Virus record (IMG/VR): IMGVR_UViG_3300027978_000009
Coordinates: 1 to 55,372 of that record
DNA: 55,372 nucleotides
Source of the DNA: a virus
Lineage: Duplodnaviria > Caudoviricetes
Reading direction: 5' to 3' (one strand)
A program made the translations under genes and the position numbers. The notes beneath the pieces were generated by a model. That model was not told where the DNA came from, did no database searches, and was given only the letters and a program-made list of their open reading frames with translations. Position 1 is the stretch's first letter. Each line of letters begins with the position of its first letter. Positions 1 to 7,777 of the stretch are shown piece by piece.

Positions 1-297
1 GCGGAAAAACTCGGGCCGGTCATTCATAAACAGTTTGGTCCGGTCAATGCGAGCGCGCTGGATTGCGTTGTCAGGCACGAGACCGGCGGGAGTTTTGAAG
101 CGCTTCGAGCCCTTCGAGATTCCGCCACGTCCTGCAGTGTTGAGACATCCCGCGTGACATCCTGCCTGCTCCGCCATGGGGCAAACGTTGAACCCGGACA
201 TCTTGTACGGGGCGAGGTAGAGAACCGCAGTCAGGTAACCTTGTGCCTGACCTTTGACGGTCTTCGCGTTGGCGTCGATGTTAAGTAACTTTCTCAT
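1..297 (-). CDS. Cys-rich phage protein, GP88-like (3'-truncated by window edge)
   Basis: Not in the ORF track. Manual translation: MRKLLNIDANAKTVKG...LYLAPYKMSGFNVCPMAEQAGCHAGCLNTAGRG...QRARIDRTKLF. Its ATG overlaps the TGA of the upstream gene. The three-Cys cluster resembles the GP88-like family. Confidence 0.65.
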   Translation of the reverse strand, partial: MRKLLNIDANAKTVKGQAQGYLTAVLYLAPYKMSGFNVCPMAEQAGCHAGCLNTAGRGGISKGSKRFKTPAGLVPDNAIQRARIDRTKLFMNDRPEFFR

Positions 298-485
298 GAC
301 ACCACCTCCACTTTGATCGAATGATCGATGGCTGATTTCGCAGCCCAGTTCGGCAAGGTCAATGCGCGCTGGCATCGCTGCGCATCTCCGACCGGTGACA
401 GGATCAGCTCGACATATCCGGGCTGGCTTCTGTGCTCGCGATCAACGCGCCACTCGCGGTCGATCAGGTCAATGATGGTTTTCAT
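294..485 (-). CDS. hypothetical protein (MKTIIDLIDREW...)
   Basis: Start moved to ATG 485, which follows an AAGGAGCACGAG RBS. The stop overlaps the next start. Confidence 0.65.
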   Translation of the reverse strand: MKTIIDLIDREWRVDREHRSQPGYVELILSPVGDAQRCQRALTLPNWAAKSAIDHSIKVEVVS

Positions 486-574
486 AACTCGTGCTCCTTC
501 AGGTTTGAACAGTGGGATCAGCATCGCGCCGCCCCAATAGATAATGAAGATCAAAGCGCATACGTCGCAGGCGC

Positions 575-787
575 TCATGAGATGCTCATCAGTAATTCTT
601 CGGCACCGTAGACGGTGGCTTCGCCGCAGCTCTCGCAGGTGTACTCGCGGGCATCAGGTTCGACGCCGTCACACTCGTCACCGCACGTGATGCAGATGCC
701 GGGTGATGACATGCCGAACATTGATTCCTCGGCGAGGGCCGCGATGCGGTCGGGGTTCAGGGTTGCGCGTACTTTTGTGGATCTCAT
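575..787 (-). CDS. small zinc-ribbon protein (CITC...CESC)
   Basis: RBS AAGGAGCACGAA before ATG 787. Two CxxC pairs. First gene after promoter 828-856. Confidence 0.8.
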   Translation of the reverse strand: MRSTKVRATLNPDRIAALAEESMFGMSSPGICITCGDECDGVEPDAREYTCESCGEATVYGAEELLMSIS

Positions 788-827
788 TTCGTGCTCCTTT
801 TTGTGGGTGATTTCCCACTGTAAACCC

Positions 828-856
828 ATTATACCACGGGAGCGCTCTTGTGTCAA
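828..856 (-). promoter_or_regulatory. sigma70 promoter P1 (TTGACA-17-TATAAT, extended -10)
   Basis: Minus strand reads TTGACA caagagcgctcccgtgg TATAAT, a perfect consensus. Confidence 0.92.
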
Positions 857-864
857 ATCCGGTG

Positions 865-904
865 ATTATGTTAAATAGACCCCTGCCTGGATTATGTTAA
901 ATAG
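865..904 (-). repeat. two copies of upstream element CTATTTAACATAAT (865-878, 891-904)
   Basis: Exact 14-mer ATTATGTTAAATAG on the + strand twice here, and again at 3097 and 4943. A 12/14 copy is at 5915. Confidence 0.9.
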
Positions 905-915
905 GACGATCAGGC

Positions 916-944
916 AAAAAGAGACCGCGACAGTGCGCGGCCTC
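916..944 (-). terminator. intrinsic terminator
   Basis: Minus strand GAGGCCGCG-cactgt-CGCGGTCTC followed by TTTTT. Confidence 0.8.
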
Positions 945-965
945 AGTTGCTGGTTTTTCAGCGGT

Positions 966-1130
966 TCATGATTCGCCCTCCTTCAGTTTGTTCAGGTCAT
1001 CCTGTAGCAGTCGCACGTAGTTGCTCGCGTGCGAGATCTCGGCCTGCGTTCCGTTCAGCTCCCGGAGATCTTCGAGCCATCCTTTGGCGTCGTCGATCTC
1101 AGCTTGCTTGCGTTTGATTGCGGTCGTCAC
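966..1130 (-). CDS. hypothetical 54-aa coiled-coil protein
   Basis: Below the ORF-track cutoff. GGAG RBS, GTG start, MTTAIKRKQAEIDDAKGWLEDLRELNG...; lies directly after the helicase stop. Confidence 0.65.
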   Translation of the reverse strand: MTTAIKRKQAEIDDAKGWLEDLRELNGTQAEISHASNYVRLLQDDLNKLKEGES

Positions 1131-1131
1131 A

Positions 1132-2628
1132 TTATACTCCTACGATTTCGATTGGCAGATAGACCAGAGTCTCAAGGGCTCGCGTGACTGCGACGTACTG
1201 CAGGTTGTGCTCCTGCTCCAGCTGCCACTCCTGCGTTGCCCAGCGTGATGGCATCAGGTCCGGGTTCAGGATGAACACTCGCGGTGCTTCCAATCCTTTC
1301 GCCTTGTGCACGGTAGCGAGCGTGGTGCCCCCGTGACTGTCGCTGAAGATATCCTCAATCGCTTTGATCAGCTCGGGCACCGTGTCGAGCCCAGCGCTCA
1401 GGATGTTGATGCAATCGACCTTGTCCTGTATCGCTGCGATCTTGCCCTCACTGCGCTCAGCCTTTTTGATCATGCGCTCGGACCACTTCACAAGCTTGGG
1501 CCTGAACTCTTCGAGATCCGTGGTCCGTTTGCCTGCAGCCTTTTTGACTACGTTGACCAGACCCTTGCCGATCTCGCGACCCATCACGTGTACGCGCTTG
1601 CCTTCGCTGATGCACTTGTACGCCAGCTCGATGAGCGGTGCGGTCGTGCGACAGACTACGAGGTCATCATCGCTGAATGATTCGATGTCCCAGTTGCTGG
1701 GCCTGAGCACCGCGCCAGCTTCAGCGGTCGGGCTCGCCTCGATGTGCGGCACGAATTGCTTTGCGATCTCGACGACCTTGGTCGGGCACCGGTAGCTGAT
1801 CGAGAGCGGTAACGTCTCGGCCTTGAACACTCGGCCAATGTTGTTGAGTGAGTTCGAGTCAGCGCCCCGGAATCCGTAGATCGCTTGGCGACTGTCACCG
1901 ACTGCAATCAGCCGTCCGTTGTGCTTCAGGAATTTGCGTAGCAATGTGCGCTGAACGTGCGACACATCCTGGGCCTCATCGATGATCACCCAGTCGTAAC
2001 CCCATGCGGCGAGGTCCAATGCGACCGGCATGTACAGCTGGTCATCGAAGTCGAAAACGTTCTGCTCTTCGAGCCCAGCTTTCAGCAGGATGTTGCACCA
2101 GTTGATGAACGTCGCGACGCCGACCTCAACCTCAGCCACGCTGGGATCGATGTCATATTTATCCATCAATTTGTCCCAGTGTTTGTCGGTCGCCTCGTAC
2201 GTGCCACGTGGCTGGCGCATGCCTCGCGGGATGAGCCCGTGAGACTTGGCCTTGCCGATGATGCTCAGCAGCTCAGCCATCACGCCTGACGCCTCCTCAG
2301 GCAGGAGCCTGTCGATCAGGTCGCGTGTCTTGTTGCGGTCCACTGTGATGTGCTTGCCAAGCCTGTAGCGGCAGACGCCCCAGCCCAGTGCGTTGAGTGT
2401 CTTCGACTCGACATGGTCAGGCAGCTTGTTGCCAAGCTCCGTTGCAATCGATTTGTTGAAGGCGAGGAACACTGCCTTGTGCGCTCGCGGGATCAGCTGC
2501 GCGGCCTGCACGATGGTGAAGGTCTTGCCGCTGCCTGCAACCGCTTCGACGATCAGCGCGCCTGCGGTCTCGATGTGCGCGGTCACCCAGTCGATGACCG
2601 CTTGCTGATATTTGGAAAGTGTAATCAT
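1132..2628 (-). CDS. superfamily 1 (UvrD/Rep-like) DNA helicase
   Basis: Motifs AVAGSGKT, IIDEAQD, VGDSRQAIYGFRGA, ISYRCP, TVHKAKGLE and YVAVTRA. Confidence 0.95.
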   Translation of the reverse strand: MITLSKYQQAVIDWVTAHIETAGALIVEAVAGSGKTFTIVQAAQLIPRAHKAVFLAFNKSIATELGNKLPDHVESKTLNALGWGVCRYRLGKHITVDRNKTRDLIDRLLPEEASGVMAELLSIIGKAKSHGLIPRGMRQPRGTYEATDKHWDKLMDKYDIDPSVAEVEVGVATFINWCNILLKAGLEEQNVFDFDDQLYMPVALDLAAWGYDWVIIDEAQDVSHVQRTLLRKFLKHNGRLIAVGDSRQAIYGFRGADSNSLNNIGRVFKAETLPLSISYRCPTKVVEIAKQFVPHIEASPTAEAGAVLRPSNWDIESFSDDDLVVCRTTAPLIELAYKCISEGKRVHVMGREIGKGLVNVVKKAAGKRTTDLEEFRPKLVKWSERMIKKAERSEGKIAAIQDKVDCINILSAGLDTVPELIKAIEDIFSDSHGGTTLATVHKAKGLEAPRVFILNPDLMPSRWATQEWQLEQEHNLQYVAVTRALETLVYLPIEIVGV

Positions 2629-2631
2629 GAT

Positions 2632-3012
2632 TTACTCCGTGCTCGCTGTTAGAAGATCGAAGCCCATTCCGGCTACGACGTACGTTGCGCCATCCTTGCA
2701 GAAGACGTCACCGACAGATGTGCTGCGGTGCTCGCCCGGTAGCGGCTTGACGATTGCTGCCGGGGATTCGTGCCAGCTGGCTTCGATGTGATTGGTGTAC
2801 CGGAACCCGTCTTCGAGGTCATCGCTATCGACGACTGCGACGAGGTGGTACTCGCGGTTGAGCAGGCCGACTGCGACTGCGGGCAGGTTGCCCATCATGG
2901 TGATGTCAGCGTACCGCTTGAAGCGTGGCTCGCTGTCCCATCCTTTGTCGCTGCGGTTGAGTCGTTTGACCTCGGTGTCGGTCAAGCGGTTGTAGTGGAA
3001 GATCTGAATCAT
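2632..3012 (-). CDS. YodL-like hypothetical protein
   Basis: C-terminal HRSTSVGDV resembles the YodL-type (H/R)S(L/T)SV(G/S)D signature. AAGGAGCACGAC RBS. Confidence 0.6.
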   Translation of the reverse strand: MIQIFHYNRLTDTEVKRLNRSDKGWDSEPRFKRYADITMMGNLPAVAVGLLNREYHLVAVVDSDDLEDGFRYTNHIEASWHESPAAIVKPLPGEHRSTSVGDVFCKDGATYVVAGMGFDLLTASTE

Positions 3013-3059
3013 GTCGTGCTCCTTTCGGTTTGTGAGCTGGAAATCCCAGCCGATAAGTC

Positions 3060-3088
3060 ATTATACCACAGGAGCGCTTCTATTGCAA
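3060..3088 (-). promoter_or_regulatory. sigma70 promoter P2 (TTGCAA-17-TATAAT)
   Basis: Minus strand TTGCAA tagaagcgctcctgtgg TATAAT. Upstream element at 3097-3110. Confidence 0.88.
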
Positions 3089-3122
3089 ATCCCCAGATTA
3101 TGTTAAATAGGCTTTCAGGGCC

Positions 3123-3152
3123 AAAAAAAAGGAGCGCGTGATCCGCGCCCCT
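3123..3152 (-). terminator. intrinsic terminator
   Basis: Minus strand GGGGCGCG-gatca-CGCGCTCC followed by T8. Confidence 0.85.
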
Positions 3153-3175
3153 CATGTGTACACGTGCGATGTCGA

Positions 3176-3427
3176 TCAGTAGCCGTTGGCCTCCGCCCAT
3201 GACGTGATCGCGTTGCGCGTGCCTTGCGGGATGAGGATCTCGTCACCTGTGTTGTGATCCTCAAGCGTGTGGAATCCGTTGAGCATTTCCAGCGAGCCAC
3301 CGTACGTCGTGCCGTTAACATCCTTAGTCACTGCGCAGTCAGACCGCTCGTCGCCATTCTCTGTGAACAGCTCCAGCTCCACTTTGATTCCCATGATCGT
3401 CGTGCTCTTCGTTTTGTAGTCGTCCAT
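3176..3427 (-). CDS. hypothetical protein, paralogous to the C-terminal domain of 3429-4097
   Basis: Shares ELE...C...TY(G/S)(G/S)SL..L..F.TLE...I..WAE..GY with the upstream gene. Confidence 0.8.
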   Translation of the reverse strand: MDDYKTKSTTIMGIKVELELFTENGDERSDCAVTKDVNGTTYGGSLEMLNGFHTLEDHNTGDEILIPQGTRNAITSWAEANGY

Positions 3428-3428
3428 C

Positions 3429-4097
3429 TCAGTACCCCAGTTTCTCTGCCCAGCGTCTGATCTTTTCGATCATGATTTTGGACACGTGAATGAACTCGCC
3501 GCGATCACTCTCAAGCGTACCGAAGTCTTCGAGCACTCCGAGTGATGACGAGTAGGTCTGGTGATCCTTGCGCCTCAGGATGAAGCAGCTGGTCACCCAG
3601 TCGTCACCGTCGTAATTGCCGTCGAACTCCAGCTCGTAGTGGCCGATGGTTTCCTTCTTGTTGATCGGCTTGCGTGCGAGCGTTGCGTCCGCCGGGATGG
3701 TGTCACCGTAGCCCTCACAGTGCTCGCACGATGGGGTGCTACCGTCAGGCCACTTCTCCAGCTTGTCGAGCCCAGTGCCCTCACAGTGCGGACACGGAGT
3801 AGGCTTGACTGCCTGCTCGATGTCGTCGGTCGGTTTCCAAGGGTGCTCCTTCTGCCACTCGCGCAGATCGTCGAGCGCCTCCTGTACTCCTGTGCGTGCA
3901 CCGTCGAGCAGCGGGTCAGCATCTTCCGGGACGCAGATGGGAATGTCATCGTTGTCGCCAGTGAAGAAGCCAGCGCTGAATATGCCCTCCTCCTCCGCCT
4001 TGTCTTGCGCGTCAACGACCAGCTCGGCCAGGGTTTGCTCGTGGTCTTCGAGCTGTTTGATGATGCCTGCGACTAGCGCTTCAGTTTTGATGCTCAT
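3429..4097 (-). CDS. hypothetical protein with DnaJ-type zinc finger (CPHCEGTG...CEHCEGYG)
   Basis: Two CxxCxGxG repeats. Start overlaps the upstream stop (ATGA). AAGGAG RBS. Confidence 0.8.
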   Translation of the reverse strand: MSIKTEALVAGIIKQLEDHEQTLAELVVDAQDKAEEEGIFSAGFFTGDNDDIPICVPEDADPLLDGARTGVQEALDDLREWQKEHPWKPTDDIEQAVKPTPCPHCEGTGLDKLEKWPDGSTPSCEHCEGYGDTIPADATLARKPINKKETIGHYELEFDGNYDGDDWVTSCFILRRKDHQTYSSSLGVLEDFGTLESDRGEFIHVSKIMIEKIRRWAEKLGY

Positions 4098-4561
4098 GAG
4101 ATGTACTCCTTCGTGCCGCGCAGAATGCCTGCGAGGTTGTCAGCGCTGATGGTCAGGTTCGGCCACTCAACGTAGGTCTGAGTTTCGAGGCAGCTGTCGT
4201 CATCGTAGCTGGGGTGAAAGCCTCCGTAGAAGTGTCCGCTGCCCTCGTTGAATTCATCCGGGCGTGGATCTTGCGGGCACCTGAGTGCGCCTATGTCACC
4301 TACGAGATCGCGCCCAGCCAGTTGCAGGTTGAGCCAGTTCTCGTGTGCGTCATCGAGAGTTTCCGCAGCCTCCTCCAGCAGCTCGCGGATGTTCATCTCG
4401 ATGTCGTCAAGTGAGATGTCAGGATTGCTCATGACTTCGTCAGCCATTTCGCGGAGCGCACCGGACAGGTGGTTGTCGCGTTTGGAGTACCCGCGAATCC
4501 ACGCGGGCTCCTTTCCATTGAGACGCTGGTCAAGCTTCTCGATCATTTCGAGGGATGCCAT
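4094..4561 (-). CDS. hypothetical acidic protein
   Basis: Tightly packed in the minus-strand operon. Confidence 0.75.
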   Translation of the reverse strand: MASLEMIEKLDQRLNGKEPAWIRGYSKRDNHLSGALREMADEVMSNPDISLDDIEMNIRELLEEAAETLDDAHENWLNLQLAGRDLVGDIGALRCPQDPRPDEFNEGSGHFYGGFHPSYDDDSCLETQTYVEWPNLTISADNLAGILRGTKEYIS

Positions 4562-4563
4562 GA

Positions 4564-4863
4564 TTATGATCCCCTGCGTGCGTTGACACGGATGCTGATC
4601 ACTTCGCGCTCAGAGGTGTGAGCGGTGACCAGCTGGCGAGAAGGCTTCAGCTTGGCTGCGACCTCTTTCCAGTTGACCGTGGTGCGCATGCTCTCAACTA
4701 CGACTGCGCGGAACTGCTCGTCTTCCAGCGTGTGAACGCCTGCGTCGATCAGCGTGGTGCGAATGTCTTTCTCGCGATCTTTCAGGTCAGCCATCTGTGC
4801 CCGGATAATTCCCAGCTCGTCAGCGAGTCCCGTGAGGTTTGCTTCTGTCTTGGCGTTGCTCAT
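4564..4863 (-). CDS. hypothetical phage protein (N-terminal coiled coil)
   Basis: Start at ATG 4863 after AAGGAGCACGAA. First gene after P3. Confidence 0.8.
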   Translation of the reverse strand: MSNAKTEANLTGLADELGIIRAQMADLKDREKDIRTTLIDAGVHTLEDEQFRAVVVESMRTTVNWKEVAAKLKPSRQLVTAHTSEREVISIRVNARRGS

Positions 4864-4904
4864 TTCGTGCTCCTTATCGATGGGCGAATTCCCAACTTGC
4901 ACTC

Positions 4905-4933
4905 ATTATCTCATACACGGCAGCGCTTGTCAA
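4905..4933 (-). promoter_or_regulatory. sigma70 promoter P3 (TTGACA-17-GATAAT)
   Basis: Minus strand TTGACA agcgctgccgtgtatga GATAAT. Upstream element at 4943-4956. Confidence 0.85.
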
Positions 4934-4967
4934 GTACCCTATATTATGTTAAATAGGACCTCGGGCC

Positions 4968-5003
4968 AAAAAAAACCCCCGTCACCATTTCTGGATCGGG
5001 GGG
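4968..5003 (-). terminator. intrinsic terminator
   Basis: Minus strand CCCCCCGA...GACGGGGG stem-loop followed by T8. Confidence 0.8.
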
Positions 5004-5019
5004 CCGGAGCACTACTCGG

Positions 5020-5073
5020 TTATCCGTTGCTATTTTTGATCAGCTTGATGATCGCTTTGATGATTGCGCCCAT
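5020..5073 (-). CDS. 17-aa amphipathic peptide MGAIIKAIIKLIKNSNG
   Basis: AGGAG RBS 7 nt before the ATG. Fills the gap between the DUF932-like gene stop and the terminator. Confidence 0.55.
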   Translation of the reverse strand: MGAIIKAIIKLIKNSNG

Positions 5074-5083
5074 GGTCAGTCTC

Positions 5084-5833
5084 CTATGCGGCCAGTGCGA
5101 AGTCAGTTGCGTCAGCGATCAGGTTGTGCAGCTTCGCGCTGCGCTCGGTGTACGTGCTGATCGGTGATCCCTTGAACGCTTCGGTCGCTGCGTTGAACAA
5201 CGTCCAGTTGGTGCGTTCCCCATTTTCGTTCAGGTGCTCTACGTGCGAGGGCTCGTAGTACTCGTCAACGACCTTCTGCACCTTGCTGCTGACTATGATG
5301 TCTTTGCGCAGCATCTGGATGATGCAGTGGTTAGCGGTCGAGTCTTTCAGCTGGGCCTGCTTGTAGCGTGCCACCTGCTCAGCCCTGTGCTCGACAGAGC
5401 GCTCGAACTGAGTCATGAAGCCATCGACCAGCGTGCGCAGATCGAACATCACTTGCGATGTCTGCTTGCGTCGCAGGACGACAGAGCCGAAGAGGTCCAG
5501 GTTGGTGCAGATCGCGAGCGACTCGCCGCCGCACAACTGCCAGCTGAGTGACTTGTTGATTGAGCTGCGAACGCCGAAGCAGATCTTGCTCTCTTCGCTG
5601 GTGAAGTTGGTGACCTCGATCAGGCCGAACAACTGCGTGTCGTTGCGAGCGAGGACGTACTGCTCTTCGCCGAAGCGGAAGCCCTTGGCCTCGGCAACGT
5701 CTTGAATCAGATCGACGCCGCGAGAGAAAGGAACGGGCTTGTGTGAGCGTGTGTGCAGATCGAGTGCTGCTTGGTCGAAAGCCTTGAGGCCTTCCCGTGT
5801 GACAGTGTTGTCATCTTTGCTGAACATTAACAT
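5084..5833 (-). CDS. DUF932-like phage/plasmid protein
   Basis: Pattern QLFG...GVRSSINKS...AICTN...F...W.LFNA.TE matches my recollection of DUF932. CAGGAG RBS. Confidence 0.75.
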   Translation of the reverse strand: MLMFSKDDNTVTREGLKAFDQAALDLHTRSHKPVPFSRGVDLIQDVAEAKGFRFGEEQYVLARNDTQLFGLIEVTNFTSEESKICFGVRSSINKSLSWQLCGGESLAICTNLDLFGSVVLRRKQTSQVMFDLRTLVDGFMTQFERSVEHRAEQVARYKQAQLKDSTANHCIIQMLRKDIIVSSKVQKVVDEYYEPSHVEHLNENGERTNWTLFNAATEAFKGSPISTYTERSAKLHNLIADATDFALAA

Positions 5834-5876
5834 GGTCGTACTCCTGTTTTGATCGAGTCAATCTCGACTTGCAATC

Positions 5877-5905
5877 ATTATTGCACACAAACGCTCCTGT
5901 GTCAA
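5877..5905 (-). promoter_or_regulatory. sigma70 promoter P4 (TTGACA-17-AATAAT)
   Basis: Minus strand TTGACA caggagcgtttgtgtgc AATAAT. Upstream ATTTAACATAAT at 5915-5926. Confidence 0.85.
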
Positions 5906-5915
5906 CCTCGAGTTA

Positions 5916-6131
5916 TTATGTTAAATCGTGGGTCAGGTCGTACGCTCGACGCCAGCTCCGGAAAGTAATGTTGTCCTGCCCCTCAGGTGTGATGCACGAG
6001 ACGAATGCTTTCAACGGCATGCGTTGGTTGTCTGCATCGAGGTAGCCTTCGGTAGGATTTGCGAGGTACCTCTCTGACAGGTACTTCAGCAAGTCCAGCG
6101 CTTCTGCAATCTCTTCAGGACTCAGGCGCAT
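5916..6131 (-). CDS. hypothetical protein
   Basis: GAGGAG RBS before MRLSPEE. Confidence 0.65.
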   Translation of the reverse strand: MRLSPEEIAEALDLLKYLSERYLANPTEGYLDADNQRMPLKAFVSCITPEGQDNITFRSWRRAYDLTHDLT

Positions 6132-6444
6132 CGGGCTCCTCCTCACAGACGAAGCCGTTCAATGAACGATCCGCACGCACGTACGAGACGCCCAGACCAA
6201 TGCACAGCTCCTTGGTAGCGAAGCGGTGTGGCATGTCGATCAGATCATTGCCTTGCACAATGGTCAGCTCCCAGCGCATCTCAGGCGGCTTGGACTGGAC
6301 CTCATCACCCCAGTCATTCTTCTCGACCTCTTGCGCATGTGAGGTGAGGCACGCGAACGCGATGAAGATAATGACAAGCCAGAGCAGCCCCTTCATCTCA
6401 TCCACGAACGTGCGCCACCACCAGATCAATGTGTACTTATTCAT
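6115..6444 (-). CDS. hypothetical membrane/exported protein
   Basis: Hydrophobic GLLWLVIIFIAFACL followed by an AxA-like site (SHA-Q). Two Cys in the C-terminal part. Confidence 0.7.
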   Translation of the reverse strand: MNKYTLIWWWRTFVDEMKGLLWLVIIFIAFACLTSHAQEVEKNDWGDEVQSKPPEMRWELTIVQGNDLIDMPHRFATKELCIGLGVSYVRADRSLNGFVCEEEPDAPES

Positions 6445-6610
6445 TCTCTCGATCCTTTTCTCGTTGAACTTGAATGCCGTCTCCGACACCGAGGTAGTAC
6501 GCTTTGCGTGCGACCTCTTTAATCTGCCGTGCTGTGTCATTGGTGACTCGCAGGCAGGCGTGGTCCACCATCTCTCGTAGTGGGTCGTGCTTTCTTCGTT
6601 CGTCGGTCAT
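6437..6610 (-). CDS. hypothetical protein
   Basis: GGAG RBS before MTDERRK. Packed in the operon. Confidence 0.6.
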   Translation of the reverse strand: MTDERRKHDPLREMVDHACLRVTNDTARQIKEVARKAYYLGVGDGIQVQREKDRENE

Positions 6611-6621
6611 AGCCATACTCC

Positions 6622-6870
6622 CTAGTAAATGACGGTGCCCATGCCCATGGAATCCCAAGTGAATCCCAGGTCGTCGGGGTTGAAATCGTCAGTCTCGGTG
6701 CAGACAAATGCCCATGCGACTGCGACATCGCACCAGCTGAACTCTCCGCTGATGGCTGCAGTCTCTTGACCATGCATGCCTCGGCCCGAGTAGCTGTCCC
6801 TGTACCTGACCTCGCACCCACAGTTTTCACCAAGGGAGGTCGCTAACGTTTTTGCCAGTGCCTTGTTCAT
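6622..6870 (-). CDS. hypothetical phage protein (YSGRGMHG motif)
   Basis: GAGGAGCACGA RBS. The YSGRGM..G...D.MG...V.Y pattern recurs in small phage early proteins. Confidence 0.75.
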   Translation of the reverse strand: MNKALAKTLATSLGENCGCEVRYRDSYSGRGMHGQETAAISGEFSWCDVAVAWAFVCTETDDFNPDDLGFTWDSMGMGTVIY

Positions 6871-7043
6871 ATCTTTCGTGCTCCTCTTTTAACGTCGTGC
6901 CAGTCTTCGACAAACACCATGCCGTCGATCAGAATGTGCACGCGTGCCAGAATGGTTTTGGTGACCGTGCCGTAGAGCCAGCCCGCACCTCGCTGGATGC
7001 GGACCTTGTCACCTTTCTTGAATGGATTGTTGCTGGTGCTCAT
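6867..7043 (-). CDS. 58-aa SH3/KOW-like protein
   Basis: Not in the ORF track. MSTSNNPFKKGDKVRIQRGAGWLYGTVTK...; ATGA overlaps at both ends. Confidence 0.7.
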   Translation of the reverse strand: MSTSNNPFKKGDKVRIQRGAGWLYGTVTKTILARVHILIDGMVFVEDWHDVKRGARKI

Positions 7044-7360
7044 GCCAGCTCCGTACCGTCTTTCGCAGTCACGTTGTAGATGTGCTGCAGCTGATACCTC
7101 AGTGGATCCCCGTGCTTGGCGTTGCCAAGTGCAAACGGATCATTAGCGAGAGTTGCTTCGACATCGACTCCATCGACCTTGGTGACCTCAGTCCAGATGC
7201 GTTCGCCGCCGATGTCACCATCGGTGATGCAAACCTTGGCGTACACTCCGGGCTCGACCACTTTCATCAGGTCACCAATCGATGTGACCTCGAACGTGTC
7301 GGGGTGCATCTGCGCCATACCTTGGGCGCTCTCGTACTGCCACTTCTTAGGCTTCTTCAT
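7040..7360 (-). CDS. DUF2314/YegJ-like hypothetical protein
   Basis: GERIWTEV...ATLANDP pattern. GGAGCACGAA RBS. Confidence 0.65.
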   Translation of the reverse strand: MKKPKKWQYESAQGMAQMHPDTFEVTSIGDLMKVVEPGVYAKVCITDGDIGGERIWTEVTKVDGVDVEATLANDPFALGNAKHGDPLRYQLQHIYNVTAKDGTELA

Positions 7361-7745
7361 TTCGTGCTCCAGTTCTTTTGAGAATTACTTGGGGGGGTGA
7401 GATGCGAATGCCTGCTTTCACTTCATCGCGGATCTCGGTGAGTAACGCAATTGCTGCGTCGGTATCTTTCGCGTACTTTTCGATCTCTGCGTCAGTCGTG
7501 CTGGGTGTGATCGAGATCATAATGTCACCCCAGTCTTTTCCCTCTTCGTGAGTAACCTCTTCGCAGTGAATCATGCCGGAAGCCAGACGAGGGATGATGT
7601 ACTGCTCCATTGTCCAACCATGGTCATCGACACCTATGATGATGGTGCCGGTGTTGTCCAGTGTGCGACCGAGTACCCTGTAATTCGAGGGCAGGTACTT
7701 TGCCACTTCTTTGGACTTGCCAGTATTGGCGATTGCTACTCTCAT
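7347..7745 (-). CDS. hypothetical protein
   Basis: GGAG RBS before MRVAIA at 7745. First gene after P5. Confidence 0.75.
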   Translation of the reverse strand: MRVAIANTGKSKEVAKYLPSNYRVLGRTLDNTGTIIIGVDDHGWTMEQYIIPRLASGMIHCEEVTHEEGKDWGDIMISITPSTTDAEIEKYAKDTDAAIALLTEIRDEVKAGIRISPPQVILKRTGARNEEA

Positions 7746-7777
7746 GTTTCTGCTCCATTGCATTGACTACAATGTGC

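Noticed and set aside
865-5926. ATTATGTTAAATAG repeats as a CRISPR array or integron attC sites
   Set aside because: Only 14 bp, spaced 1-2 kb apart, tied to promoters, and no integrase is present.
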